In this document: positions 1 through 9,879 of the stretch, piece by piece
How the letters are laid out: each line of letters begins with the position of its first letter
Position numbering within the stretch: position 1 is the first letter of the stretch
Source of the DNA: a virus
Reading direction: 5' to 3' (one strand)
Virus record (IMG/VR): IMGVR_UViG_3300032770_000007
Coordinates: 32,001 to 96,000 of that record
Length of the DNA: 64,000 nt
The notes under the pieces: model-generated
The model's input: only the letters and a program-made list of their open reading frames with translations
Told to the model about the DNA's origin: nothing
Databases searched by the model: none
Position numbers and translations under genes: made by a program

Positions 1-144
1 AGGCTGAAACCGACCAATCACCACAGCAAGGTCTGCTTGTGGCAACTCAATAGTCTTATCTGACCAAGATTTTGATTTAGATTTCATAGAGGTCTATCCT
101 CCTAAGTTTTCAAGAACAAACAGTCTATCTGTTTCTGGCATTAT

Positions 145-390
145 TTAGTTTGGACGTTTTTTAGAATAATCCCATTCCCACACTTCATCATCACGTACAC
201 TACTTGAATAAACATTATTACCACGACGATATATCTTTTCTAACCAACGCCAATCACCATATCCTAAATGAACAGGATACCAAGTAAAATATATGTGCCA
301 TGTCTGAAGATAGATTCTACGGTTAGACTCTCTTTGAGCCGCAAACAATCTTCTTCTATCAGGATCACCAAATAGCCAACCTAGTTTCAT
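145..390 (-). CDS. hypothetical protein
   Basis: 81 aa ORF co-oriented with its neighbours; no recognised motif. Confidence 0.55.
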   Translation of the reverse strand: MKLGWLFGDPDRRRLFAAQRESNRRIYLQTWHIYFTWYPVHLGYGDWRWLEKIYRRGNNVYSSSVRDDEVWEWDYSKKRPN

Positions 391-527
391 TTATTGCCAC
401 CCATTAATACACCACATAACAAAAATGACTAGAAAAAGTGCAATAGCAAAAGCCTGAATGAAACCCAACAAATTCATAAAAAAATGATTAGTGGGTGTTT
501 CTTGTTCAGGTTGTTTACCAAAGTAAA

Positions 528-771
528 TCATTATTGCTCCCATTACCCGCGATTCTGGTCTATGCTATCATTTGTCTCAGTTATTTCTAACTGGCTTTTC
601 AGCTGCCCCAACCCGTAATCTCGCCGAGTAAGGTCATCAATCACTGTTTGGGTTGCTGCCTCGGATGTTGTGGTCACTGACTTTCATCTCCCACAGAGCA
701 TTTACCGTTACTCTAAGCAGTCGCGAAGTTCCTCGATGAATATTCACCGCGATAGCTCGGAGCAATAATGA
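528..771 (-). ncRNA. rnpB: RNase P RNA, compact (~244 nt)
   Basis: 13-bp P1 (528-540/759-771); P2 GCUAUC/GAUAGC; GAGGA-ACUUCGCGA pairs with ACCAGAA-UCGCGGGU as P4 with a bulged U; P15 CAACCC/GGGUUG; P18 with GAAA tetraloop followed by AGACAAAU. Confidence 0.85.
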
Positions 772-774
772 ATT

Positions 775-1008
775 TTAGTGTAACCTCCAATAACTCATTC
801 CATAATGGTTTTCCATGCGGCCATACATTGAATGGCCATGATACCAATATGTGCCATAATAAGGACCAGGAACCCATACGCCATTATACCAATAGCCATC
901 CATGCCCATGATAACTCCTGGTGGAAATACAACCTCTGATCTAACCATGGGTGGAGCAACCACACAACCAGATAAAATCAGAACCAATAAACCAAGCAAC
1001 AGTCTCAT
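775..1008 (-). CDS. putative small lipoprotein
   Basis: hydrophobic signal and LSGC lipobox; Trp/Tyr/Gly-rich tail. Confidence 0.6.
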   Translation of the reverse strand: MRLLLGLLVLILSGCVVAPPMVRSEVVFPPGVIMGMDGYWYNGVWVPGPYYGTYWYHGHSMYGRMENHYGMSYWRLH

Positions 1009-1220
1009 TTGAGCTCCTTAATGTTCATATCTAACATTTCCTTCAAATACTTCATAGCCAAGTCCAAATATCTATGTTGTTCTCTTGTCAGCATTATATT
1101 TGAGGCATCAATTTGTTCAATATAGTTTTGTACATTGCGCAACCTGTCTCTAAACTGTCCAGAATCTTTTATGAGTTCTTCTGCCCAGGCCTGAACTTTT
1201 TTCTTAAAATCATTTTCCAT
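1005..1220 (-). CDS. hypothetical protein
   Basis: ORF; start probably MENDF at 1220. Confidence 0.5.
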   Translation of the reverse strand: MENDFKKKVQAWAEELIKDSGQFRDRLRNVQNYIEQIDASNIMLTREQHRYLDLAMKYLKEMLDMNIKELK

Positions 1221-1311
1221 AATGTCTCCTGGTGCCAGTACACAGACTTGCACTGTGATTTCTTGCTTACGAAACAAGTGTTCTGCTACTTGAACCATAC
1301 TGGCCAATATT

Positions 1312-1396
1312 TGGTGCTCGTGACAGGATTTGAACCTGCAAGACCGAAGTCAGTGGTTTTTAAGACCACCATGTATACCCATTCCACCACACGAGC
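1312..1396 (-). tRNA. tRNA-Leu(TAA)
   Basis: cloverleaf, loop CT-TAA-AA, long variable arm, encoded CCA. Confidence 0.92.
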
Positions 1397-1400
1397 ATTG

Positions 1401-1991
1401 TTAATCTAGCTTAATCTTACCATCCACAAACAATCTTGAAGTTTTTGGAATCTTTGACTCCAAAAAGTCCATTTGATCTGCTAAAATATTTCTATTCTTC
1501 AAAACATACTTTTCAGCCAAAGTTGGAACATAAGGAACATACAGCAGCATCATACCTGCTTCTTCAGGAGTTCTATCAGCCTTTTTGTGATTGCATCCCT
1601 TACAAGCAGTGACTGTATTCATCCAAATATTTTTACCACCTCTTGAACGAGGAAGTACATGGTCAATAGTAAGTTTGTGATTATGAAACTTATTCCCACA
1701 AAAGGCGCAAAGATATCTATCACGCGCATAAAGAATGTCCCTTTCAGTGTAGGCAGTTGTCTTTGACAACCACTTTTCACCAACCAATGGACCAGTAACA
1801 CCAATCACTGGATTGATGTTGATGCGTGAGATTTCTCCATCCTTATTCTTACCACCAGTAAATGTCTTAACAGTATCTCCTACTGTCCAGACCACCTTGT
1901 CTCTGGCATAGTAACAACAGGCCACTTCGAATCCCTGCCATTCGCGAGGATTACCCGCCGCATCAGTTATCAATATTTGTACCGGCAACAC
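1401..1991 (-). CDS. HNH endonuclease (McrA-like)
   Basis: CAFC...TIDHVLPRSRGG...N...ACKGCNHKK. Confidence 0.85.
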   Translation of the reverse strand: MLPVQILITDAAGNPREWQGFEVACCYYARDKVVWTVGDTVKTFTGGKNKDGEISRININPVIGVTGPLVGEKWLSKTTAYTERDILYARDRYLCAFCGNKFHNHKLTIDHVLPRSRGGKNIWMNTVTACKGCNHKKADRTPEEAGMMLLYVPYVPTLAEKYVLKNRNILADQMDFLESKIPKTSRLFVDGKIKLD

Positions 1992-2556
1992 TTTCTTTTC
2001 TCCTTTTCCAAATCTCTTTCATCATTTTGCTTTTGTTTATACGATACTCTTCTGATCTAATACAACCTTTAGCATTCTGATTTCCTAACTTAGTCAAAGA
2101 TAACTTTGCTCTAACCTCTAATCTTTTATTAGGACTATCTTCTCCCCTCAAAATGGGTAATCTATTTCCCCAACCTTCTTCAATAGCCTTTGTTCTTATA
2201 TAGGCTTTATGAGTTTCAGTATGCTTTCTTCCTCTATTCCTTTCACCAACTTTACGTTTCATTATCTCGGTACGTTTTTTGCCTTTATTTCCTTTGCTTA
2301 TCTTCTTTTTACTTTCTTCTGTATGTTTAATCAATTTTCTGGCTTCTTCTAACTGCCTCAAAATAACTTCTTCGTGCCCAATCATGCCAGCTAAACCTTT
2401 CCAAGCTATTTCATCTTGCCATCTTCCATATTTTTCAAATAACACCTTATGAGCATCAGCATGATCTTTTACAGACACTTCTATTAAATTAGAAGTGTCA
2501 TCTGATCCTCCCATATGTTTCGGAACAATATGATGTTTATGTTTGACAGTATTCAT
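1963..2556 (-). CDS. HNH homing endonuclease with NUMOD3-like repeats
   Basis: HKHHIVPKHMGGSDDTSNL..H..AH; HTEESKKKIS repeats. Confidence 0.85.
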   Translation of the reverse strand: MNTVKHKHHIVPKHMGGSDDTSNLIEVSVKDHADAHKVLFEKYGRWQDEIAWKGLAGMIGHEEVILRQLEEARKLIKHTEESKKKISKGNKGKKRTEIMKRKVGERNRGRKHTETHKAYIRTKAIEEGWGNRLPILRGEDSPNKRLEVRAKLSLTKLGNQNAKGCIRSEEYRINKSKMMKEIWKRRKESVAGTNIDN

Positions 2557-2576
2557 AGTTTATTTAGCACAAAACC

Positions 2577-2605
2577 ATTATAAACTGAATATCTGTAAGA
2601 GTATT
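2577..2605 (-). promoter_or_regulatory. sigma70-like promoter with CTCTTACAGATATTC motif
   Basis: AATACT-17bp-TATAAT; spacer nearly identical to that at 56197-56225. Confidence 0.5.
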
Positions 2606-2632
2606 ATCTAAATGAGTATGTGGCTGATCTCA

Positions 2633-2902
2633 TTAGATAAAACCCAAGATATTGTTATCTTCAATCATGATTTCATCTGATGCTAAACCTGGCATGCCTG
2701 GATGCAAAGCACCATTCTTCAAATAGGTCACCTTGACACCTTTGGCGAAGTTATGAAATACTTTATCTTCTCTCTTACCTGCTGTAGGACCAACCTCTAC
2801 AACCTCTCCAACTCCATAAACAGGATGCTCACTAATCAATACACGACCTGGAGCCTTCTGTTCAACCACTCTCAAAATCACTCTATTATATGTAGGAAAC
2901 AT
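2633..2902 (-). CDS. GroES-like co-chaperonin
   Basis: PTYNRVILR...GEVVEVGP...EDNNILGFI matches the GroES pattern. Confidence 0.7.
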   Translation of the reverse strand: MFPTYNRVILRVVEQKAPGRVLISEHPVYGVGEVVEVGPTAGKREDKVFHNFAKGVKVTYLKNGALHPGMPGLASDEIMIEDNNILGFI

Positions 2903-3079
2903 AATCTAAACTCCCCTTATAAAAACCATTCTGTCTCTGTCAAAAGCTGTCTGCCCTCATTCATTGTTTTCTTGCTACGAACCCATGTCTCAAAAGATGG
3001 AGGAGTACCAGCATAGTTCATAAATGCTATACGATATTCTTCAGCATATTTCTCATATTCTTCTGTCGTCAAAACTATG

Positions 3080-3421
3080 TCAGGTTCTTGTGCTATCTTG
3101 ATTGTCATTTTCAACTCCTGCTTGATCTAAATCAAAATCTGCTAATGAAGGTATGTATTTCTTTAGTTTGGTTATCTTCTTACGGACAGCAGCATCCAAA
3201 ATCTTTTCATTCAAAATTTCTGGATATTTATTACTAATGATTATCACTGTCGCAATGACATCACCAACTTCTTGTTGAAAACTTTCTAACTTTGTTTTGC
3301 CATTGATGTAAATAGTATCCCAACCAAATTGGTCTGCTTTGAAATATGCCTGAATGACTTCAGCACATTCCTCGCAAAGTTTCTTCAACAAAAGTTTCTG
3401 TTCATCATTCATGGGATACAT
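3080..3421 (-). CDS. MazG-like NTP pyrophosphohydrolase
   Basis: EECAEV...QEVGDV. Confidence 0.65.
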   Translation of the reverse strand: MYPMNDEQKLLLKKLCEECAEVIQAYFKADQFGWDTIYINGKTKLESFQQEVGDVIATVIIISNKYPEILNEKILDAAVRKKITKLKKYIPSLADFDLDQAGVENDNQDSTRT

Positions 3422-4192
3422 GCTCCACCATAACTAAAAAAGGCTGCATAATTTGTGTTAATATTGGCTGTTGTATTTGCTTCTGGTTGTTTTACAAAAC
3501 CAGAATTTTTGTAATGATAATCTGTTAAAAATGTGAGCAAACAATAGTCATGATATACATTCTCACGATAAGTTACTGCAGTGGCTCGGTCATAGTATAA
3601 TGACTTTTTACAAACTGGACAACTTTTCCTAAGAACTTCAAGATTGTTCTCATAATGCCAATAAACTTCTGGCTCACTATTTGTGTTATCCATTAAGCCT
3701 CCCTATTATATTTAGCAACTAGTTTAGCTTTGGATCTCCCACACTTTCATAATAATATTTGCCTTCACATAATGCTACATAAATCTCGCCCAAATCTTCT
3801 TGAGCAGCCTTTATAACTTCATCCTTGTTAAACCCATTGGTCTGAGATAGTTCATGAAGTTGAACACCCAAAGTATTCAACAATGCCCAAACTGTGACCC
3901 CAGCATGCTGTTCTTGATCACAAACAACTTCAATCTTAGATTGAAGTTCATCAGCCTTTTCATAGAACTCCTCAGACTCAGCTTCTGATATTTCCAAATC
4001 TTCCTTACTATATGTATTCATATTACTCCTCAAATTTATCTGGACCTGTTAAGGTACTTAGCTGTTCTCTTGTAATGTACCAATGCCAATAAAGAGAACC
4101 ACACTTAGGACAACCTGGTCCATAATATTGTCCAAACTGGCCCACACCATCAAACCAGCGATGATAACATTTATAACAAATCATCATACAAG

Positions 4193-4633
4193 TCATATAA
4201 CAATCAACTTCGTTCTCTTACCTAATGATGCAGCATACTTCATAGTCCAACAACCACCTGACTTAATGTGATCTGAAGTGTGACAATGGTAGCAAGAAGA
4301 AAATCTCATGTCATTGTAACCAGGTGGATATTCTTTCACAGTTATACAAACAACCAAATCAGATGCCTTAGCAATCTGAATATTGCGTTGCTTGTAACCA
4401 CCTTCCCATCTTTCAATCTTTGGTGGAAACTCTCTGGTTGAAATACCAAGACTCTTGGCCTCTTCTATGGCCCAAATATCTATCCCTCCTCTTGGACAAG
4501 CACCAGAAACCACTTCACCCAAAGCATAACTAACCAGTTCCTCGTTACAGATTTGCCGGATTGCTGCTCTGGCCTTTGCTTCTGTTTCTGGAGTAAACTT
4601 TATGGATTCACTGCCAACAATGCCTATGATCAT
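4193..4633 (-). CDS. SLOG/DprA-like protein
   Basis: IGIVGS...VSGACPRGGID...RNIQIA...GG..TM..A. Confidence 0.6.
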   Translation of the reverse strand: MIIGIVGSESIKFTPETEAKARAAIRQICNEELVSYALGEVVSGACPRGGIDIWAIEEAKSLGISTREFPPKIERWEGGYKQRNIQIAKASDLVVCITVKEYPPGYNDMRFSSCYHCHTSDHIKSGGCWTMKYAASLGKRTKLIVI

Positions 4634-4998
4634 AATATATCTTTCAAAACTGCAGCTACATGCTCAGCATATAGAATTTTGTTTCTAATCTTGCCTCGAG
4701 CAGCTGGATGAATAATCTTCAAATGAGGTATCTTTGCTCTGGTAAGTCTCTTTGATGCCTTTGCTCCCATGGCTACAATTGGTCCTTTGTGGTTTCTTAT
4801 TCTTGTAATGGCGCCGCGTTCAAAAGCATTATCAAATATCCTTGGTCCTCTGAAGCCAATCATTTCAAATGCATCAAATAACTGTTTGGCTGCTAGTCTG
4901 CCATTTTCCCAACGGACATTCATCCGGATAGCGGTTTTTGATCTCTTTTCGCCTACAAATAAAATAATGTTCATTCTAATATCGCAATTCGTTTCCAT
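4630..4998 (-). CDS. hypothetical protein, possibly UDG-like fold
   Basis: ILFVGE...IVAMG..A...IIHPAAR. Confidence 0.45.
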   Translation of the reverse strand: METNCDIRMNIILFVGEKRSKTAIRMNVRWENGRLAAKQLFDAFEMIGFRGPRIFDNAFERGAITRIRNHKGPIVAMGAKASKRLTRAKIPHLKIIHPAARGKIRNKILYAEHVAAVLKDIL

Positions 4999-5418
4999 TC
5001 ACCACAATATTCATCCAATGGTACTGGTGGATGCTCCCATTGAGTATAGGGCGATCCGCTGGCATGTGCATAAATAACAGGTATAAGCGGATAGCGATGA
5101 CATCGTTTTGGAGCATCAGGAAAATCATCTGGAAATATTAATGACTTATCTTTCCTAGCAAAATGACAGTTTCCGCAACACCTAGACATTAGAATATATC
5201 AATGATAAGAAGAGTGATCTATGAACCTCGAACATTTACTTTATCCATCATATGAACTAAAGCACGAATGGTTTCTTCTGCTGAAAGATCAGTTTGCTTA
5301 ACCTGGTTTTCAACCAAGATAGTATAGACGTCGGGTCCATGCTCTTGTTCAAAATGAGTAGGACTAGAAATCACCCTAATCTTTCGGTCTGATGTTTCGG
5401 CGACTAGCATTCTTATCC

Positions 5419-6333
5419 TTACATATCAATCTTGTCACGGAATCCCTGAAACACTGGGAACCGAGGCAAATCCTTTACACCAACTTCAAAATAGCGGTAC
5501 TTGATAAACTTGCCATTCAAAGCAGATCGATGACGCCAATATTTCTTTCTCTCATCAGCATCAAAACCAGTGCCAACATTGAACCGGACACCAGTCTTCA
5601 AATCCTCAACAATGAAAGAGCCCAGAGTACCTTTACCAACCATGCCATCCTTTTTGCTGGAACGTTCTGTGTGACCAAAAACATCCAGAGTGGCCTCATT
5701 AGTATTCTCTAACTCCTCCACTGCTCCTACAATCACTGCCTCACTATCCTTAAATCGGCGGACCTTCAGCATGAATCCCTCATTGGCTGTAGAGCGGCCG
5801 AACTTATAGGGTGAATCCAGACTACGCAGAATCAGTCCCTCATAACCAAGCTGAAGGACCTTCTCCTCATAGGCACGCAGAGCAGTATCATCATTGATCT
5901 GAACCTGCTGCAAAATCACTACACGATGTGGTAGTTCTTTACAAGTAGGATAACCAGATCGCCATTTGCCCTGAAGCAATCTCTGATTGCGCTGAACAAA
6001 GGTCTCATTTGGAAAATTTACCATGTCAAAAACATAAAACATAAAGTCTGGCTGTCCTTCAATGGACATCACCGCACTATTGGTGACACGGTAGACATCC
6101 TTAGCATTCGGTGAACCAACAATCAGTTCACCATCCAGACCTTCAAGTTCAGGATACTGAGAAAACCATAGCTCAACAAATTTGTTTGGAAACAGTTTTC
6201 CTGACCTGGAAAAGATTTGGGCGACTCCATTCACCTTTTCTACAATCCCACGGACACCATCCAGTTTGGCACTAGCCATAACTGGATATCTAATAACCTC
6301 TGGAGCCTCAACAGCAAGCATGGGCTTTTTCAT
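5419..6333 (-). CDS. ATP-dependent DNA ligase
   Basis: KLDG, DGEL, FYVFD, EGLILR and LK motifs; OB-fold C-terminus PRFPVF. Confidence 0.93.
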   Translation of the reverse strand: MKKPMLAVEAPEVIRYPVMASAKLDGVRGIVEKVNGVAQIFSRSGKLFPNKFVELWFSQYPELEGLDGELIVGSPNAKDVYRVTNSAVMSIEGQPDFMFYVFDMVNFPNETFVQRNQRLLQGKWRSGYPTCKELPHRVVILQQVQINDDTALRAYEEKVLQLGYEGLILRSLDSPYKFGRSTANEGFMLKVRRFKDSEAVIVGAVEELENTNEATLDVFGHTERSSKKDGMVGKGTLGSFIVEDLKTGVRFNVGTGFDADERKKYWRHRSALNGKFIKYRYFEVGVKDLPRFPVFQGFRDKIDM

Positions 6334-6992
6334 GTGTAAATCACCGCGTCATCATTCTCATTAATAAAATCAATACAGGCTCGATTCAGTGCGGCCGCAA
6401 AGCGATCTGCTACTTCCTTTGAAAGGCATGAGCCTATGGTAAAGTCAGTGTTGTGAGTTTTAATCTCCCAAAACTCCTCTGGATTCACATTCGGATTAGC
6501 ATCCGCTAATACTACTCCAGGGACGGGCACTACATGAAAAGGATGCCAGTACTTAGCCATGATGAGACACCTTCGCCAAATATTGGGCAATAGTATTATG
6601 AACTACAGAAGACAAATTACCAAGTGATACATCGCTGAAACTAGGACCATAGTTATTCAAACGACCATGCTTTTCAGCCTCAACGATAGTTTGTAAAAGA
6701 GTCAACAACTCATCTCGTTCCTTACGAGCAACATCACGCTGACGTGTCAGATTTGTTATGATGTGTTGGTAATCTGAAGGAGATACAGTCTTCATATCAC
6801 CAGATCATACACACTTACGTAAAATTCACCAGGTTCGCCATTGAGATGAGTAAGCTGGCCCACTAATACAGTATCACCATCAATTTCGAGGACTTCAACA
6901 TACTCAGCAACTGACCCCAAAACGGCATTAGCCTTTAGGGTAACTATCTGACCAACCTCTAAGCTCATTATTGTCTCCTACCTAATGAAGAC

Positions 6993-7031
6993 CATTATAC
7001 TCTTACAGAGATAGGAAGTAAAGCACTATAA
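6993..7031 (-). promoter_or_regulatory. early-type promoter, copy 1 of a 39-bp repeat
   Basis: TTTACT-17bp-TATAAT; one mismatch versus 21478-21516. Confidence 0.75.
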
Positions 7032-7050
7032 ATGATTGTAAATCAATATG

Positions 7051-7476
7051 TTAGGATGGATTATCTGGAAGAATGGCATCTTTTTGAATTTCTTGCCACA
7101 AATCTTCATCATTTTTGACTTCAACCTTGATGTTTTGAAGTTCTCTTTGGACCTTTTCATCAATAGCAGCCTGCTGTCCGGAACGACGGCGAAACTCCAT
7201 TTGTCTCCAGTCCTCAAACTCTTTAGTCTTAGTCATGCGCACAAAGGCCATTTGTCTGTTCTGTCTTTGAGAACGTGTGTCCTCAGCATAACCACGAGCA
7301 CCTGAAGGAGGATGCTTGCAATGCACTGCTGATGATGTTTTATTTTTCGCCTGACCACCATGGCCAGTCCCTCTTGTATAAGACCACTCACAATCTTTGG
7401 CTGTGACTGAAAACAGAAGTCTACGGGATTCAACTATATTACCTGGCTTTAAATTTTTTATGTTTATTGAGCTCAT
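7051..7476 (-). CDS. GGQ peptidyl-tRNA hydrolase domain protein (ArfB/RF-1 domain family)
   Basis: TRGTGHGGQAKNKTSSAV...RSQRQNR; no codon-recognition domain. Confidence 0.85.
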   Translation of the reverse strand: MSSINIKNLKPGNIVESRRLLFSVTAKDCEWSYTRGTGHGGQAKNKTSSAVHCKHPPSGARGYAEDTRSQRQNRQMAFVRMTKTKEFEDWRQMEFRRRSGQQAAIDEKVQRELQNIKVEVKNDEDLWQEIQKDAILPDNPS

Positions 7477-8045
7477 AGGCTAAACAGATTGTTCGTTTTT
7501 TAGTGAAATAATTTCTGGACCACTTTAACCAAGTCACAGGATATTTAGCATTGAAAGCAGAAGGATGAACTAGTTTGAATCGTATATAAGGCTCATACCA
7601 ACCAGTAAAGGTGTGATCAATCATGAATCTAGAACAGTCAGGAGGATCCCAACGACTATGTCTTCTTTTTTTCATTAACTATTTGCATCAACTGATTGGT
7701 AATAATCGTGGCCTTGACTATTTCTTCTTGTGGCCGTTCATCATATCCATAACAGTTTTCAACCATATATATATGGTTGAATTCAACCATATAACCTGCT
7801 TCTCTAGCAGCAATATGTAATTCATCAATGGTATTGTCCCAAAGACAACGAACTTTTTGATTATTATATGTTAGAGTAACCATAGTATAAACCATAGTAT
7901 ACCAGGTATAGGCGCTGGTGCAATTGACCATCATATCTGTAAAAGTACGATGAGTTATAACCTCTAGTATATCTCTAAGTTCATCCTCATATATTTTGAT
8001 ATTATCATTTGACATAATATTTCCTGAAAACAGAAGCATTTATAT

Positions 8046-8121
8046 TGGAACCCCCGACAGGACTCAAACCTGCATTTACCTGGTTCGTAGCCAGGGCCGT
8101 ATTCATTCCGGTCACGAGGGC
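8046..8121 (-). tRNA. tRNA-Arg(ACG)
   Basis: loop CT-ACG-AA, CCA. Confidence 0.9.
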
Positions 8122-8126
8122 AAAAC

Positions 8127-8202
8127 TGGATCCATCACTGGGACTCAAACCCAGATTTGTGCCTTACCAAAGCACTGTCCTAATCACTTGGACGATGACG
8201 GA
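8127..8202 (-). tRNA. tRNA-Thr(GGT), atypical body
   Basis: loop TT-GGT-AA, U1-A72, U73, CCA. Confidence 0.8.
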
Positions 8203-8704
8203 AAATATTTCCTATGATCCTACCTGAAGGCAAATGAATCCATTGACTAATGCCTTCTATGGTAATAACTCTTATATCTCTACCTGTATCATGAACCTTA
8301 TCTATCTTAGGATCAAACTCATGAACATCGCCGGTGCATTCATCAAGAATGAATGTAGGAACACCAAAGTAATAAGGAGACACCAAATCCTGTTGTGAAA
8401 AATATTGCGAATAGTAATCATTTGAACAAGGATGGGTGTGATATAGACCTTTCAACGTTGCTCCTGGTAAAAGAAGCCTAGTCACATCAACAGTTACTGC
8501 TGCTACATTCTTATTAGTAACAGGAAACATAGAATATTGATATTGACCTTTATAAAGGACAATGATGCCACCATATTCCCACTTCTTGGCATCGTCTATT
8601 TTATTGATATATTTCAAAGCATGAATAGCTGTAGTCTCTAGTTCATTTGACATTGATATCATGGGAACTAATAAAAAGAGACTAAGGAAGATAGCTTTGA
8701 GCAT
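8180..8704 (-). CDS. JAB/MPN-like protein with signal peptide
   Basis: EYGG...YHTHP...FSQQD; hydrophobic N-terminus. Confidence 0.6.
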   Translation of the reverse strand: MLKAIFLSLFLLVPMISMSNELETTAIHALKYINKIDDAKKWEYGGIIVLYKGQYQYSMFPVTNKNVAAVTVDVTRLLLPGATLKGLYHTHPCSNDYYSQYFSQQDLVSPYYFGVPTFILDECTGDVHEFDPKIDKVHDTGRDIRVITIEGISQWIHLPSGRIIGNIFRHRPSD

Positions 8705-8716
8705 TCAATATTTAGG

Positions 8717-8810
8717 GTTTCAAACTACCTCTTGTTCAATGAGGATCGCCTGCCAGCGACTATACAACACATAGGTGGCAGCCAGGATAAGTTGTATTAG
8801 AGTTTGAAAC
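8717..8810 (-). ncRNA. unassigned four-way-junction RNA with kissing loops
   Basis: 10-bp closing stem, three hairpins, loops CUGCCA and UGGCAG complementary. Confidence 0.55.
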
Positions 8811-8814
8811 ATTC

Positions 8815-8888
8815 TGGTAGTGAAGGATGGTTATGCTCCATCGTCTATGGCTTATGAAACCACCGCTCTCCTATTGAGCTACTTCACC
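8815..8888 (-). tRNA. tRNA-Met(CAT), elongator (Ile2 not excluded)
   Basis: loop TT-CAT-AA, CCA. Confidence 0.85.
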
Positions 8889-8893
8889 AAATT

Positions 8894-8970
8894 TGGTGCC
8901 TCCACCAGGATTTGAACCCGGACCCTACCGCTTAAAAGGCGGAGCTCTATCACACTTGAGTTATGGAGGC
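8894..8970 (-). tRNA. tRNA-Lys(TTT)
   Basis: loop CT-TTT-AA, CCA. Confidence 0.9.
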
Positions 8971-8976
8971 ATGAAT

Positions 8977-9052
8977 TGGTAGGTCCAGTCGGAACTGCCC
9001 CGACATCCAACACTTTAAGAGAGTGAGCTCTATCTGATTGAGTTATGGACCT
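8977..9052 (-). tRNA. tRNA-Lys(CTT)
   Basis: loop CT-CTT-AA, CCA. Confidence 0.88.
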
Positions 9053-9057
9053 GAAAA

Positions 9058-9136
9058 TGGTGCGCGGATGTGGAATCGAACCACATTCTCAACTTCTTCA
9101 GAGTTGCGCTGATGTCACCAGACTAGCTCTCCACGC
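9058..9136 (-). tRNA. tRNA-Phe(GAA)
   Basis: loop CT-GAA-GA, CCA. Confidence 0.9.
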
Positions 9137-9747
9137 ATGAATTTTTCATAATCTTCTTTTTCTAAAATGATTAGTTTTCGTTCAGGATAGGTGGCAAGAA
9201 TAATATTCATTTTCTTTCGGTCATTACCCCACCAATAACCTTTTATCTCTAACCAAATATCCAACATCGGAAGATAAAAATCTGGCGCATATGATTTCCA
9301 TTGGCCATCCATTTGATATTTCCAAACATCATTATTTGTTGATGGTTTATTCCATTGAATATTAAGTTCATTTAGTTTAGTAGCTATATCGCGTTCCCAA
9401 GTACCTTGAACTTTTATTCCAGAAACTTCATACCATTTGGATTTACCACCACGATTGTGTAAGGACTGTTCAATACTCAATCGTTGTCTTGCTTCAAGAC
9501 ACATAGGTGGAGGTTTCCAACCCTTATTCACTCTATCTCGAAGTTCTATAGCAACATTTGCCGCATATGCAGCTACTCTGTTATCAGTTTCTTTTGATAG
9601 ACCTCTGTTCCAAGCCTTTCTGGGTTGTTTAGGAAGTATACTAGTGCTAATATTAGCACAACCTTTCTTAGTATGCCAATATAATCCACTAGTAGTTGTT
9701 TCCTTATGACAACTTATACAAGAACACCTAAGTTTATATTTGTCCAT
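9115..9747 (-). CDS. PD-(D/E)xK endonuclease, putative homing endonuclease
   Basis: GTWE...YAPDFYL...WLEIKG; KAWNRG motif; CTAAATA upstream at 9755-9761. Confidence 0.75.
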   Translation of the reverse strand: MDKYKLRCSCISCHKETTTSGLYWHTKKGCANISTSILPKQPRKAWNRGLSKETDNRVAAYAANVAIELRDRVNKGWKPPPMCLEARQRLSIEQSLHNRGGKSKWYEVSGIKVQGTWERDIATKLNELNIQWNKPSTNNDVWKYQMDGQWKSYAPDFYLPMLDIWLEIKGYWWGNDRKKMNIILATYPERKLIILEKEDYEKFMRGELVW

Positions 9748-9798
9748 ATGAATTTATTTAGTACAGGGACGTGCTAATCTGTCTCAGCTAAGAACGCT

Positions 9799-9875
9799 TG
9801 GTGCCCCCGACAGGAGTCGAACCTGTAAAACCTTGTTTTTGAAACAAGTACGTATACCATTTCCGTCACAAGGGC
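9799..9875 (-). tRNA. tRNA-Leu(CAA), short variable region
   Basis: loop TT-CAA-AA, A73, CCA. Confidence 0.88.
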
Positions 9876-9879
9876 ATAT

